Program-made: the position numbers and the translations under genes
In this document: one piece after another, positions 1 to 12,921 of the stretch
Layout: every line of letters starts with the position of its first letter
How positions within the stretch are numbered: the first letter of the stretch is position 1
The notes under the pieces: generated by a model
What the model was told of the DNA's origin: nothing
The model's database searches: none
The model's input: only the letters and a program-made list of their open reading frames with translations
Source of the DNA: Octopus vulgaris
Taxonomy: Eukaryota
DNA: 64,000 nt
Direction of reading: 5' to 3'
Assembly (NCBI GenBank): GCA_951406725.2
Contig: OX597815.1
Span: 157,356,001 to 157,420,000, forward strand

Positions 1-241
1 CATGCATACATACATGCATACATACACAAACACATATATATATATATACATACATACATACATAATACATACATACATACATACATACATACATACATAC
101 ATACATACATGCATACATGCATACAGACATATATACATACATACACACATACATACATACATGCATGCATACAGACATACATACACACATACATAAATAC
201 ATACATACATACATACATACATACATACATACATACATACA

Positions 242-270
<29 letters not shown>

Positions 271-272
<2 letters not shown>

Positions 273-1020
273 TATATGCATTTTCAATCCAAGGACAGGA
301 GATTGCTCCTAGATACCTGATAAATAAAAGAGACAGTGAAGCCCTAGAAGTTCCAGGATACAACTGTAAATGTAGATTATGTCATATTTAGACATCACAC
401 ATGGGATTAGCAGCTGCTGAAAAATGTCAGCAAGTTACTAACTCCCTGTACGACAGGACGTTGTCGCGAAAACAATATACATTACCATTCAGAAAACAGG
501 ATGTTCTGAAATAAATATAGATAACCCCGTGTTAATGAATATGTACACAAATATCAGACGCAAGGGAAACTGGTGGAACATTCCCATCTAAACACATTTC
601 AAGTGTATGCTTAAACAGGCCGGATATTGTTGCTTGTAACAGACAAAAGTATGCACCGTCATAGAATTCAGCTGTCCTGCTGATGTGAATATCTTTTTGA
701 AAATCAATGAGAAAAAGATAACTGTGGACAACTGTTCCGAAACCTCCAGGTTCTATATCCCGATTACAAATTTATATTTATACCAATAATAATTGGTGCA
801 CTTGTCTTTGTGAGTAAATGTCTAAGTGACAGGACTGGATAATCTTGGATTTTCTGCAAAAGAAATCAACTGACTAGCATATTACAAATGCAAGACTTTT
901 CTCAGGTTTAAAAATTGTTCTCGCTATCTGCATTCCAATGATCGCACTAGCTTTGTATATTTTTTTAGATACTAGCTCCTCCATCAGAGGAAAACTTTAA
1001 ATGATAAAAAATAGAAGAGA
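271..1020 (+). mobile_element. 5'-truncated, decayed R4/Dong-like non-LTR retrotransposon (zinc knuckle + restriction-like endonuclease + 3'UTR), subfamily a
   Basis: Broken frames read [39 protein letters not shown] and YPDYKF.FIPIIIGAL; sits next to (TACA)n. Confidence 0.7.
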
Positions 1021-1317
1021 AGCATACATACATAAAAAAAGTATTATTTTGGCCATCATTTCTAGTGGGGAAATCGTTAATTTGATGCAAGGTGCTATCA
1101 AAATCCTCGTTCGTGGATGTTTTTCCTTTGCTTTTACGTATACCTACAATATCGACTCACTATTGCATTATATGCATGGATATATCAATAAATCAGCGCT
1201 CATCCAAAACAGCTGTAAAGAAAAGTCATGATTAATTCGTATATGCAACTTTTTATATAAATACCTTCCTTATAAGTTTTCATATTTGCCTGTCGTATAT
1301 ATATATATATATACATG

Positions 1318-1438
<121 letters not shown>

Positions 1439-1719
1439 AGATACATGTATATACATACGCACATATTTCTGTATATATGCAATTTGTGAAGAATAATGTC
1501 ATTAATTACAAGTTTCCAACGCTCTGATTATTGGCTTCACAGCATTTGCGATGGCGAGAATGGTAAAGAAGCATCTATTCAACCTGTGCAGCATAAATGC
1601 CACTCAACATTTGGTTCGAAAACACCGCTCTATTAGTCTTTACGCCGTCGATTATCTTTTTCTCTCGTATATGCATACATACGCAAGAGCACACAAACGT
1701 GCATACATACATATGTGTG

Positions 1720-1875
1720 TGTGTGTAAGTAGCTTGCTTACGAACCACATGGTTCCGGGTTCAGTCCTACTGCGTGGCACCTTAGGCAAGTGTCTTCTAC
1801 TATAGCCTCGGGCCGACCAAAGCCTTGTGAGTGGATTTGGTAGACGGAAACTGAAAAAAGCCCGTCGTATGTATG

Positions 1876-1908
<33 letters not shown>

Positions 1909-2135
1909 GTGTGTATACGTTTGTGTGTCTGTGTTTGTCCCCCCCCCAACATCGATTGACAACCGATGGTGGTGTGTTTACGTCCCCGTAACTTAGCGGT
2001 TCGGCAAAAGAGACCGATAGAATAAGTACTAGACATCCAAAGAATAAGTCCTGGGGTCGATCTGCTCGACTAAATGTGGTACTCCAGTATGGCCACAGTC
2101 AAATGACTGATACAAAAGAGGAAAGAGTAAAGAGA
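1720..2135 (+). mobile_element. Octopus-type tRNA-derived SINE, family A (internal TA/TG microsatellite)
   Basis: B-box-like ggttccgggttcagtcc; shared body gccgaccaaagccttgtgagtggatttggtagacggaaactga and tail ccagcatggccgcagtcaaatgactga; homologous to copies near 35.2k, 37.1-37.9k, 40.3k, 45.3k, 48.6k, 59.7k and 63.2k. Confidence 0.8.
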
Positions 2136-2725
2136 GAGTATATGTTTATGTATTTGTATTTGTGTGCGTCATTTGCTTTGATACGCTTGAATCCAAATCT
2201 TAACCGGATGAGCCCAGGAAGTACTGTTGAACAGCTAACAACTGGAGCTTCAGTTTTACTTGTTACACATTACAAGGAACATGAAGAGGATATTGAAAGT
2301 GATGGCGGAGGGGTATCAACCGCTTCAAACAGAGAGAAAGCAAACGAGTGAGAAAAGTCTTTCCGAGAGATTACACCTGTTCTACCGCACAGACACTGAC
2401 AGTATGATAAATACCAGCTATCTTGAGATTGTTGCGAGTTTAGCTCATCGAGTGGATAAAGAAGCTGAAGCCGAGATGTCAGCAGTTCGTACCCTGCTCT
2501 TGTCTCTGCTGCAAATTGGCTGCATAGAGAGTTACAAATATCAATTGTGTTTAGATTCTACACAGTCACTCGATGTGCAAGAAATAACAAACAAATTTCT
2601 CCCAAATACCACTCTACTGACTTTTTAAAATGTTTGAGTCATGTATAACGAAGTCCTGGACGCATTGTTTGGAAAAAGAAGCAGGATATCTTTAGGCTTT
2701 TTCAATTGTTGGTAGTCTGAATTTG

Positions 2726-3107
2726 TGGAGGAGCAATGGCCCAGTGGTTAGGGCAGCGGACTCGCGGTCATAGGATCGATTCCCAGACCGGGCGTTGTGA
2801 GTGTTTATTGAGCGAAAACACCTAAAACTCCACGAGGCTCCGGCAGGGGATGGCAGGTGATCCCTGCTGTACTCTTTCACCACAACTTTCTCTCACTCTT
2901 ACTTCCTGTTTCTGTTGTACCTGTATTTCAAAGGGCCGGCCTTGTCATTCTCTGTGTCACGCTGAATATCCCCGAGAACTACGTTAAGGGTACACGTGTC
3001 TGTGGAGTGCTCAGCCACTTACACGTTAATTTCACGAGCAGGCTGTTCCGTTGATTCGGATCAATCGGAACCTTCGTCGTCGTAACCGACGGAGTGCTTC
3101 CATCCAA
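2726..3107 (+). mobile_element. tRNA-derived SINE, family B
   Basis: A-box tggcccagtgg and tRNA-like head; flanked by direct repeat tctgaattt (about 2717 and 3108), a likely TSD. Confidence 0.7.
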
Positions 3108-3640
3108 TCTGAATTTAAATGACATAACAATAACAGCGCTGTATAATTTGACGTCTGTAGTTCGTTGAGTTTAAGAAGTGACGTAGCCTAGATGTTAGAA
3201 TGTTGGGATCACTATCATAATGTCGTGAGTTCAGTTCCAATTTCGGCTGATGTGTCGTCTCTTTAAGCAAAATACTTCATTTAAGTTGCAGGCCTCTCTT
3301 TCTCTAGCTGTCATATCTGAGAGCTCCTGCTGGTTCAAGAATGAGGTAGTGTGAAAGGATGTTATGTCTACGCGCGACTACATAGGCACCTAAAGCAATT
3401 AGAGAAAGCATTTTACATGTTACCAACTCATACAAATTGTGAATGACAGTAATGCTTGAATGCTGGTTCTTTGGTTTTAACAAACCGAAGTTTAATTCCT
3501 AACACGGAGAACACTTTATGCGACACAACAGAGTCCTATCTCGAAGAGTTATTAATTTATCTTTCACTGATTTAACAATACCGAAACCCGGAAACGATCA
3601 ACGGTTTGATATACTCTTTCGCTCGTAAAAGGATAAAAAG

Positions 3641-3707
<67 letters not shown>

Positions 3708-3817
3708 TATATACACATATATATATATACACATATATATACATATATATAAATTAACAGAATGAGATAAAAAGAATCCAAGGCTGTGAAAGTTTTCAGG
3801 ACATTTATAAAGAGTAG

Positions 3818-3865
3818 GTCTTACACCTGTTTCCGGGATATTTCATATATCCCTTCATGAGAGAC
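3818..3865 (-). ncRNA. Minimal type I hammerhead ribozyme relic with mutated core, in a PLE-type insertion beside (TA)n
   Basis: Minus strand: GTCT CTCATGA a GGGATA tatgaaa TATCCC g GAAAC aggt GTA AGAC; stems I and II perfect, G5 changed to C. Confidence 0.65.
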
Positions 3866-6125
3866 GGTGCGAGAAAATGTTTAAGTAATAGTTATAGACA
3901 AGATATGAAATACAGAGAGAAGTAGAGGAATGAAACCAGACGTAAGACTCGTAAGGATATTGTATTTGCAGTTCTATTATTTAAGCAGAATTGTGTATAT
4001 GTAAGTTTCCTGTAGCTTGTGTGTGAGTTCTAATGGTCATTCCAAGCATAGTTTTTGTAAACGGTGTTATTCGATCGAGGGTTTCAAATCAAAAAAACAA
4101 GAAGAGAGAGAGAAAAAAAAAGAAAGCAGGAGAGAGACAATAAAGAAATGAATAGAGAGAAGGTGTGCTAGCTAATGGTCAGGATATATACTTCTACTAC
4201 TCGCCACTGAGTAGTAGACTGAATGTTTAAAACTTTCACCGATTTACATCAGCGAAAGATAAATATACGCAAGCATACGCTGGTGCACGCGCACACACAA
4301 CGCGCTTACACATACACACTCATATTCACACTCAGACATGGTCATATGAATGGCTTCTACATTTTCTGTCTAACTTACCCAAGGTGACATGCATTGAGAT
4401 CGAACACAATACAGTGTAGTTTCAAAATAAGCTGCTTTACCACTCAGTTATGCCTGCGACCGTCTTTGATTACTTTGAAACTATTGTAAGGCAAAATGAA
4501 ATTAAAACGTTGATACCCACGCGCTTTCCCTCAATATTCTAAACCCTACCACCACCACCACCACCACCACCAAGAACAACAACAACAACAAAACTATCAC
4601 CACCATCACCAACGTTACCATAAAAAAACTCACAGCTAAACTAAGTGTTTCTACTTATAAAGGACTAACTACAGTTGCATCTGTTGTAACAACCTGGTAC
4701 TGTCAGCCTGGCGCGGAAAAAATATTTTTTGACACCTTGCTGAAGGGAGTTTCCTAATTAATTCCTACTGTACTAAAACTTGTTGCTGTTATTGTTGTCA
4801 TCGTCGTTGTACTTAGAACCACATTATGTAATGAGCCTATTTCTTTAAGTTAGTAGGTGTAACTTGAAGGAGATGAGTGCTATTTTTGATAGGTCGAGCG
4901 ACCACGTAGGCGCTTCCTCCGTGGTTCGTTAATGTATCTGTTGATGATCAGGCCTGACTCTGCTGATCTATAGGGAACGACAATCTAGCCATGCCCATTA
5001 CATCTGTCAGGGCATATACAACTACCATGTCCAGTAAGTTCTTTACTTTTTTAAGACAGCAGGGTGAGATTCAAGGGAGATTTGACTGTTTTTTTTTTCT
5101 CTGACAAGCAGCGGTACCTTTGTTATTATTAATGCCTGGTTCCAGTACAACAGGACCCTTTATCGAGGAAACCTATGACTGGAAGTGTTCCAGCAGTGGT
5201 CACCACGTCATTTTGTATACCAGAACCGACATTATACAATGCAACTTCCTTTATCTAAAATCGGCAGGGTGCAATTCGAGTGTGATTTTGGCTACTATGT
5301 CGAGTAGACCGAGCGACCACGTGGAGGTTTCCTCGGTAGACCGTGTAGCAATAATGTTTTTACATGTTAGAATAACAGAAGAATGCACCGATTACACTCG
5401 GGAGTCTTTTGAGTTGCATGTGTGGATAATTACGGACGTCTGCAAATAGACAGCAACACGTTTGTATACAAACATAGGAAAAATGAAAGGGAAGAGATGT
5501 AGAAAGATAAACTTGTACGTAGATACTCGTAAGCCAGCATGTTCTGTGTTTATAAAGACAGAAAATACCAACTGCACAATAACATAGATTTTATATAGAC
5601 ATGCACACATACATTGACACACATACTTGCATACACACACAGACACACACACATACATACACACACACACCCATATACGCTCGTACGTACGCAAACTCGT
5701 AGACGCAACGATACACAAGCAGGCAAACATGCACTCACACACACATATACACACATACACACATACACTGACACAGACATACCCACGCGCACTGGCGCGA
5801 ATACATGTGACCACGAATCTAATACACTTGTACATATTCAGACGTGATATTCAGACAGAGCACATTTAAAAGACACACACTCACTCACACACACACACAC
5901 ATACACATACACATATACGCACACACACATACACACACGCGCGCATTCACACACACATTCACACGCATAAACATATGCAAACACAAGCTCACATGCTTGT
6001 ACACTTGCAAACATAGACACATACACACTCGTAGACCACTCTCATACATACGTGTATACACATCGCACGCAAATTTACATGAGCTATTCGTGATTTTCAT
6101 TGCTTTTACACACACACATACACAT

Positions 6126-6178
<53 letters not shown>

Positions 6179-6589
6179 CACACACAAATACACGTTCGAA
6201 ACACACACAGATACACATTCGTACTAAGATTTCAAATTAAACATTCACTAACACACACGCACGAATACACATTCGCAAACTCATACAAATGCACATACAC
6301 AAACACAGACACAAATACGCATCCGCAAACTCACACTTACAGACATATAGACACAAGCATACACCATGTAGACCACTTAAGTTCACACAACTACACACGC
6401 ATCGCAAGTAAATTTCATGAACTATTCGTGGTTTTCAACGTTGGTTCAAAGCTTGAAATTAGATTCGAATATCCTAAACTTTGAAACTAAGTATATGGGT
6501 ATTGACAGAAAAATTTCGGTATCGCAAGATGGCGGCATGGTTACGAGACACATTAGTGTAGTCCTCGCGTATCTGTGAAAGAGCAGCTG

Positions 6590-7030
6590 CTAAACACACG
6601 CAAACGCATCCGATACAAGGCCACCCGATTGATTACTAAATCTTCCCTCACCAACGCACTGCAAATTCTGGCCCACTAATGTAGCAGTGGCTATTTCTCT
6701 CAGTTTCTCTCTCTCTCTTTCTTTCTCTCCCTCCTTCCTTCCCTCCCCTCTCTCATTCCTTCTCGCTCTCCCGTCCCTCTCTCCCTCTCTCTTGCTCTCT
6801 TTCCTATGCTGTTATTACAACGGCTTCAATTCCTGAGAACTACAGCTGTCTCTCATATTTCCGTCATTCTCTGCGTTAAAACCCACCATAAACGTTTCCT
6901 CAATCATTCCTCCTCACAATTACAACCTTCTCGAATTTAGTTCCCAATTCACAGGTTTCCCTGCAGACATCATGCTTCATGAGTTCAAGTTAAACATCCA
7001 TATATATCTCATGGATTTAGACACTGTAAT
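6590..7030 (+). mobile_element. Decayed 3' end of a CR1/Jockey-like LINE interrupted by a CT-rich tract
   Basis: Reads RIRYKATRLI...LQILAH* then CYYNGFNS*EL, resembling the KA.RLI...L.HRR...YY.G..S.EL C-terminus of APE-type LINE ORF2. Confidence 0.4.
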
Positions 7031-7195
7031 AGAAATAAATACACTCACGAAGATATACACAAAGACATACGTGGATATATATATACACAGTTATGTTGAG
7101 AGATGCTGAAATATACAAACATGTACTCTTTTACTCGTTTCAGCCATGCAGCTGTGGTCATGCTGGAGGACCACCATGTATATATAGATAAATAA

Positions 7196-7262
<67 letters not shown>

Positions 7263-7265
<3 letters not shown>

Positions 7266-7476
7266 CGGAAGTCTGTCGGGGTTCGACAATGACGTCAGTG
7301 AGGCCGGAGGTGGGAGCGTAACCCAAAGGCAGACGCGCAGATGCGGCCACATGTTGAGCACGTAACAGCAGAAGTAGGGTTGGGGATCCTCTCTTTTCGG
7401 GCTTGTCGCTTCTGGTCCAGGCTCTTGAGGCGCTTTTCCTTGAACAGCCTAACACCGTTTTTGGACAGCTGGACGC

Positions 7477-7479
<3 letters not shown>
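7263..7479 (-). mobile_element. 3' end of an RTE-clade LINE inserted in (TA)n
   Basis: KRQARKER...CSTCGRICASAFGLRSHLRPH* is the C2H2-like C-terminus typical of RTE ORF2; (TA)n on both sides. Confidence 0.7.
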
Positions 7480-7535
<56 letters not shown>

Positions 7536-8353
7536 TGAAAAATACTGAATGGAATTGGGTTGTGGGGAAACTGCGTGGAAACCTGTTGGATGTATGTCAC
7601 TATAATGAAAAATTCAAGTTTTGTCGCCCTAAAACGTCCTGAGGGTTGCGTTAAAGTTTCAAGAGTTAGAAGTAATAGCCGTATAAACTATAATACAATA
7701 AGCAGGCAGTTTCATTTCTAACGATTATTCTAACTGGAATAATCATCGTGCAAACCAATTTTAGATCCAGCATCAGGTCTCTTCAAACTGAGTGCACGAC
7801 CTGATTTCGTAAGTATACCAACTGGAACTGTCTCAGTTTCCTTGTCTAACTAAATATTAACATGAACATCTTGCGCAGTAAATAAAATTTCTGCAGAAAG
7901 ACCGTTTATATACGCTGTGTGTGTGTATGTGTGTGTATGTGTGTGCGTGTGTATGTGTGTGTGTGTGTGTGTGTGCATACATGCATATGAAAATATTTAG
8001 ATACATGCACAGACAAGTTATGTAATATACATAGAATGCATTAATACAAGCACACATGGGATTTAAATATATTTGTTCAGATTTGTTTTATTAACTTAAG
8101 CAAACATTAAGAACATGGCATAGAGCCAATTTATGTAAGTATTCAAAAACAAAATTGAAATACAATTTTAATTCTTTGGACTGCTAGCTTCGTCTTTAAT
8201 ATTTCATTTGCATTTCGTTTCGATCGACGTACTTAATCCTCGATATGTACATTGTACTAGGATGAATTTAAACTAGAAATAATTATTTCGCTATTATAAG
8301 TACTCGTGAACACTTTTAGCGAAGATTTATAGTAAAACACTTTACCATCTGCT

Positions 8354-8690
8354 CCATGGCTCAGTGGTTAGAGCGTCGAGCTTACGATCGTGAGGTTGTG
8401 AGCCCGAATTCCGGATCGGGCTGCGTGTTGTGTTCTTGAGCAAGGCACTTTATTTCACGTTGCTCCAGTTCACTCAGCTGTAGAAATGAGTTGCGACGTC
8501 ACTGGTGCCAAGCTGTATTGACCTTTGTCTTTCCCTTGGATAACACTGGTGGCGTGGAGAGGGGAGGCTGGTATGCATGGGCGACTGCTGGTCTTCCATA
8601 AACAATCTTGCCCGGACTTGTGTCTAGGAGGGTAACTTTCTAGGTGCAATCCCATGGTCATTCATGACCGAAGGAGGTCTTTACCCTTTT
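8354..8690 (+). mobile_element. tRNA-derived SINE, family C
   Basis: tggctcagtggttagagcg A-box head and tail catgaccgaaggaggtctttaccc; near-identical inverted copy at 34340-34648. Confidence 0.8.
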
Positions 8691-9036
8691 ATTATAAGTA
8701 CTAATACATTTAACCTGTGCACTTGTGCACGCGCACAGGTTTCACATCTAGGAAAGAGAAAACGTGCGCTCCTAAGTTTTCTAACATGAAATCGGATACA
8801 TTTGTTAACTAAATAATTTAAGTAATAGTTATTTGAATGGATGCTCACATTCTTCGCAAAGATATAAAATTTGTGCTCAATGTAAATTTCTGCAGAAATC
8901 CTCAAGGAATAATTAATGGGATCATCGACTATGCCACTGACACATACACACTTAATGGTTATTTAAATTTATTTTTGACTAAAGGTTAATATCAACACTA
9001 AGCTTTCTGATTGAGTTTGGCAAATATACTGGTTAA

Positions 9037-9083
9037 ATCATACTGAAGATTTCTAAAATGGATGAAATAGTGCTATACATGAT
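9037..9083 (+). ncRNA. Putative minimal type I hammerhead ribozyme
   Basis: ATCATa CTGAAGA t TTC taaaat GGA t GAA ATAG tg CTAT A cATGAT; core intact, one stem I mismatch; (TG)n follows. Confidence 0.45.
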
Positions 9084-9165
9084 TACACTGAAAACTCTAA
9101 GAACTTAACCATAGATAATAACAAAAAAAAAGAATTTTAAATATGTGTGTGTGTAAATACATGAA

Positions 9166-9227
<62 letters not shown>

Positions 9228-9755
9228 CTATATTGCTTCGTTTTAAACTTAAGATTTCAATCCCGACTCATATTGTGAAGAAATAATTACTTCCCTTTGT
9301 AATAACGGTCATCGAGAGCCCATCGCGTGTGCTATACATACCGATTGTTTCATTTCCGTAAGTTTCTGCTGTTATTTTCCATAAGTCGTGGAAGATTTAT
9401 CCCATAGCGGCATAAGAAATCCTTTTGTCGCAACATATACCTTTCGCCATTTCTGATTAATTGCCTCTCTTATTATTAAGGTTTTTACCCATTTCTCTTT
9501 TACAACACATTCTGAAAATGCATAAGATGTTGTAAATTCAGTTCTATTGTTCCAGCCATATGTCTATAGGTTTAACTTTGGCTGTTATATTTAGCATTTT
9601 AAGTGACAAAAGAGAGTTTACCATCGTTGGTTCTCGTATTTCAATTTGGGTATTGTTGAATAGAAAAGAGAATAAAACTAGCTAAACATAAAAGAAAGAT
9701 GGTTCTGTCTTCTACTGGATCAAATTTTACCATAAAATTTACTTTTTTTGCCCAC

Positions 9756-9990
9756 GGGCACATGGCGTAGTGGTTAAGAATGCGGGCTACTAACTCCAAG
9801 ATTCCGAGTTCGATTCCAGGCAGTGGCCTTAATAATAATAACAACAACATCGAAAAATATGTTAGGAATGAGAATCCAGGTTCGAAATTTCCCCAAGACA
9901 CCTGATGAAAGCTGGAGGGTATATCAGCCGAAACGTTGTATTAACAACAAACAAGATGAAGACAAATATCCGTTAAATGTAAATAATGAA
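9756..9990 (+). mobile_element. tRNA-headed SINE, family D, with a hammerhead-like 3' part
   Basis: A-box tggcgtagtgg and B-box gttcgattcc, (TAA/CAA)n linker, then CTGATGA...GAAAC motif at 9897-9942. Confidence 0.7.
9897..9942 (+). ncRNA. Putative minimal hammerhead ribozyme within SINE D
   Basis: GACAC CTGATGA aa GCTGG agggtata TCAGC c GAAAC GTT GTATT; palindromic ACGT in place of stem III; one stem I mismatch. Confidence 0.5.
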
Positions 9991-11468
9991 CATGATAATT
10001 GTTGTTATCTAACTCCTGTCGAGCCCAATAATTCCAAAGCAGTTTTGAGGGGAAGAGGTAGGCAAGTCGACTGCAATGACGTCAGTGCTTGAGTGATATT
10101 TATTTTATCAACCTTCGAGAGGATAAAAGGAAAAGTCGACCTCGATGGACCTTGATGAAAAATAATCAATGTTCCAGCTGTGACAACCAACGTTTCTGTC
10201 TAGACATACGCTTGATGTTTTGATAGAAAATCTACTTTCATTGTATACTTCCTTGTTTATGATGGCGATGTTCAGTTAGAGAAAGATAATCAATTCATGC
10301 AAACATGATAGCCTATTTATAAAAAAAATAATTGTCCATTCAGACAATCACTCTACAAATTCTAGTCTTCACATTCTATAATGGTTTAGTTGTTGTTTCT
10401 AGCAAGTCTAGTTACCGAACTACGGTTCCTTCATTCATTTATTCTATTAAGCGTTTAAAATCTGACTATGGCTGGGAGCGGGTCGAGACGACAGCATGAG
10501 TGACTGTCAATCGAAGCGTAGCCGGTTCGAAATAAATTATTGATGCAAACACGGCGTTCGTCATCGTGATATCTAAAAACGCTTACATTCATTTAAGTGT
10601 AAGGAGGCGGACCATGTAGAAATGGAGCCATAAGAAACGAATACACCGTGTAATTAGTGTATATTGCATTTCACTCAGATATTTCGCGCGAGACATACAG
10701 ACAACACGAGAAACAGACTTACTCTAAATATATTACATGACAACAAAAACTCTGCAGTAAGAAATTCACTTAGCATCAGATGCTAATTAGTTAACTTTGG
10801 TACAACCCTCGCCTCTTTTGTCGTAGAAAAGGAATTTAATCTCGATGGAATTAGTTTCTGATTACAACTATTTAGTCGGCAGTAAACGTTGCGTGGAACA
10901 AGTTATCAGTGGGTAACATCTGCAATGCGATTTTCAATCCCCACTCATATTTATTCAACAATTATATTCATGTAATTCATCTTTCACTTCCTGCTACATT
11001 AACTGAATCTCATTGTTTCAGACCAACCATTTACGATTAAATTCTCCCATAAGTCTTTAAATTAAAAAATATATACACTATATAGTTCTAGCTTCACCAA
11101 TGTTGAAGGGCTTACAAATTATACGTGTTTATTTTATGAGATAATTTTACTCATATTTCCTGAAATCATTAATCAATGGAGTTTTTGTCAAAATTAAACA
11201 AAAGAAATAGTATTTTCATAAATTGGACATTCCCGATTTGATTTTTTTTTAATAGCTTAGAGAGGCGGAGATCTTTGTAAGCCCTCCTACGTTGGTGAAC
11301 TGCATGTGGTTGGTATTCAGCTCCATCATCTGTAATTCTACATATGAATGGAAAACGTGGGCGACTAGCCACCAAATAAAGGACTGGGTGAAGTAGTTAG
11401 GGCAGTACATTAGAATATATATGTGGGAGGTGTGAGGGAGAAAAAAGGACAGAGAGAGAGAGAGAGAG

Positions 11469-11558
<90 letters not shown>

Positions 11559-11774
11559 TGTGCGTGTGTGCGTGTGTACATGTATGTATATATATATATA
11601 TAAATGACTCTGATGAAATCTTGCAGGCCGAAAACCTCATGTCACTGTTACACTTCATCTTTAAAAGTTTAAAAAGCATGAATGTACTCTACAAAAGTAT
11701 AAAAAGAATTGAGTAATGTTAAAGTGTTTCTATTATAACTTCACATAAAAACAAACACTAGTAAATGCATCAAT

Positions 11775-11985
11775 ACGGTGAGCTGACAGAATCGTTAGCA
11801 CGTCGGACGAAATACTTAGCTGCATTTCGTCCGCTACTACGTTCTGTGTTCAAACTCCGCCGAGGTCAACTTTATCTTCCATCATTTCGTGTTGATAATT
11901 TTATCTAGTTGAACTCTGAGGTCGAAGTAATCAATTTGTCTCCTCCCACAAAATTGCTAGCCATGTGCAAAATTTGAAACCACTA
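11775..11985 (+). mobile_element. SINE family E (related copies near 25215-25420, 31800-31960 and 57750-58085)
   Basis: Shared ggtgagctg.cagaatcgttagc, gttcaaa.tcc, aggtc.actt and aaattgctggcc blocks. Confidence 0.6.
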
Positions 11986-12699
11986 AATATATATATATAT
12001 ATTTATAAATAAGGATAATATTGATATTTAAATATCGATCTTATCAAGTGGCCAGCATGGGAATAAATACCATACAAAGGTAATAATTATTTAAAACTAT
12101 AAATTAGGGTATCTGAGAGATACCACCATGCTGAAATAGCAGTCAAAACCCTGACGCTAAAACCACCTTAAATGTTCATATCACGCCAGGAGAGAAGACA
12201 GAGACAAAATAAACTAGCAAAAAAGATTTTACTGGATAATTCAAGATCCAGTTTTAAATCGGCCCGATGGCCACGAGTACTACAGTCACATGTTCTCTCC
12301 ATCAGTATTAGATTTAATAACTACTTGTCACAGATGAGTTGACACTAAGTGTGGGTTACATAATTTGTAATTTTGAATTACGTAACCAATAACCACTTCA
12401 TATTAATGAAACATACATAAGGTGGTGCAATTAAACAGATTATAAAGAACCTATCATGTTTTGCTTTCTTATATGCATATATTTGCGTGTTTGTCTCTGC
12501 GTATAGGTAAGTTTGTATGAACGCATACATACACATATACATACATATATATATATATATATATGGGTGATTCGTCTATATGCGGGTTTTCTATTTCAGA
12601 TAAAACAAAAAATAACTTAATGAGTATATCTGAAAGTAAACTAATGGCATCAGTTTGCACATCACGAAATAATACTTAAAGGATATAACCAAAATTACC

Positions 12700-12830
12700 A
12701 GCAGGGTATATAATATACTTCATTAATTATCTCCTACTTTAGTTAATACACTTAAATTTATCAAATATGAAGGAACTACACCTGTTTCAGTATTGGAAGA
12801 TTACAATATATATACATATACACAACATAC

Positions 12831-12921
<91 letters not shown>

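Noticed and set aside
2200-2630. ORFs 2076-2351 and 2260-2628 as a host exon
   Set aside because: No recognisable domain or clear splice sites; may be a decayed transposase
6525-6536. YY1-like motif caagatggcggc as a promoter
   Set aside because: A single short motif beside a LINE relic with no other support
9756-9826. tRNA gene calls here and at other SINE heads
   Set aside because: Acceptor stems are imperfect and each head continues into a SINE body
11605-11645. tgactCTGATGA...GAAA after (TA)n
   Set aside because: Stems II and III pair poorly; at best a very decayed relic, so it was not counted
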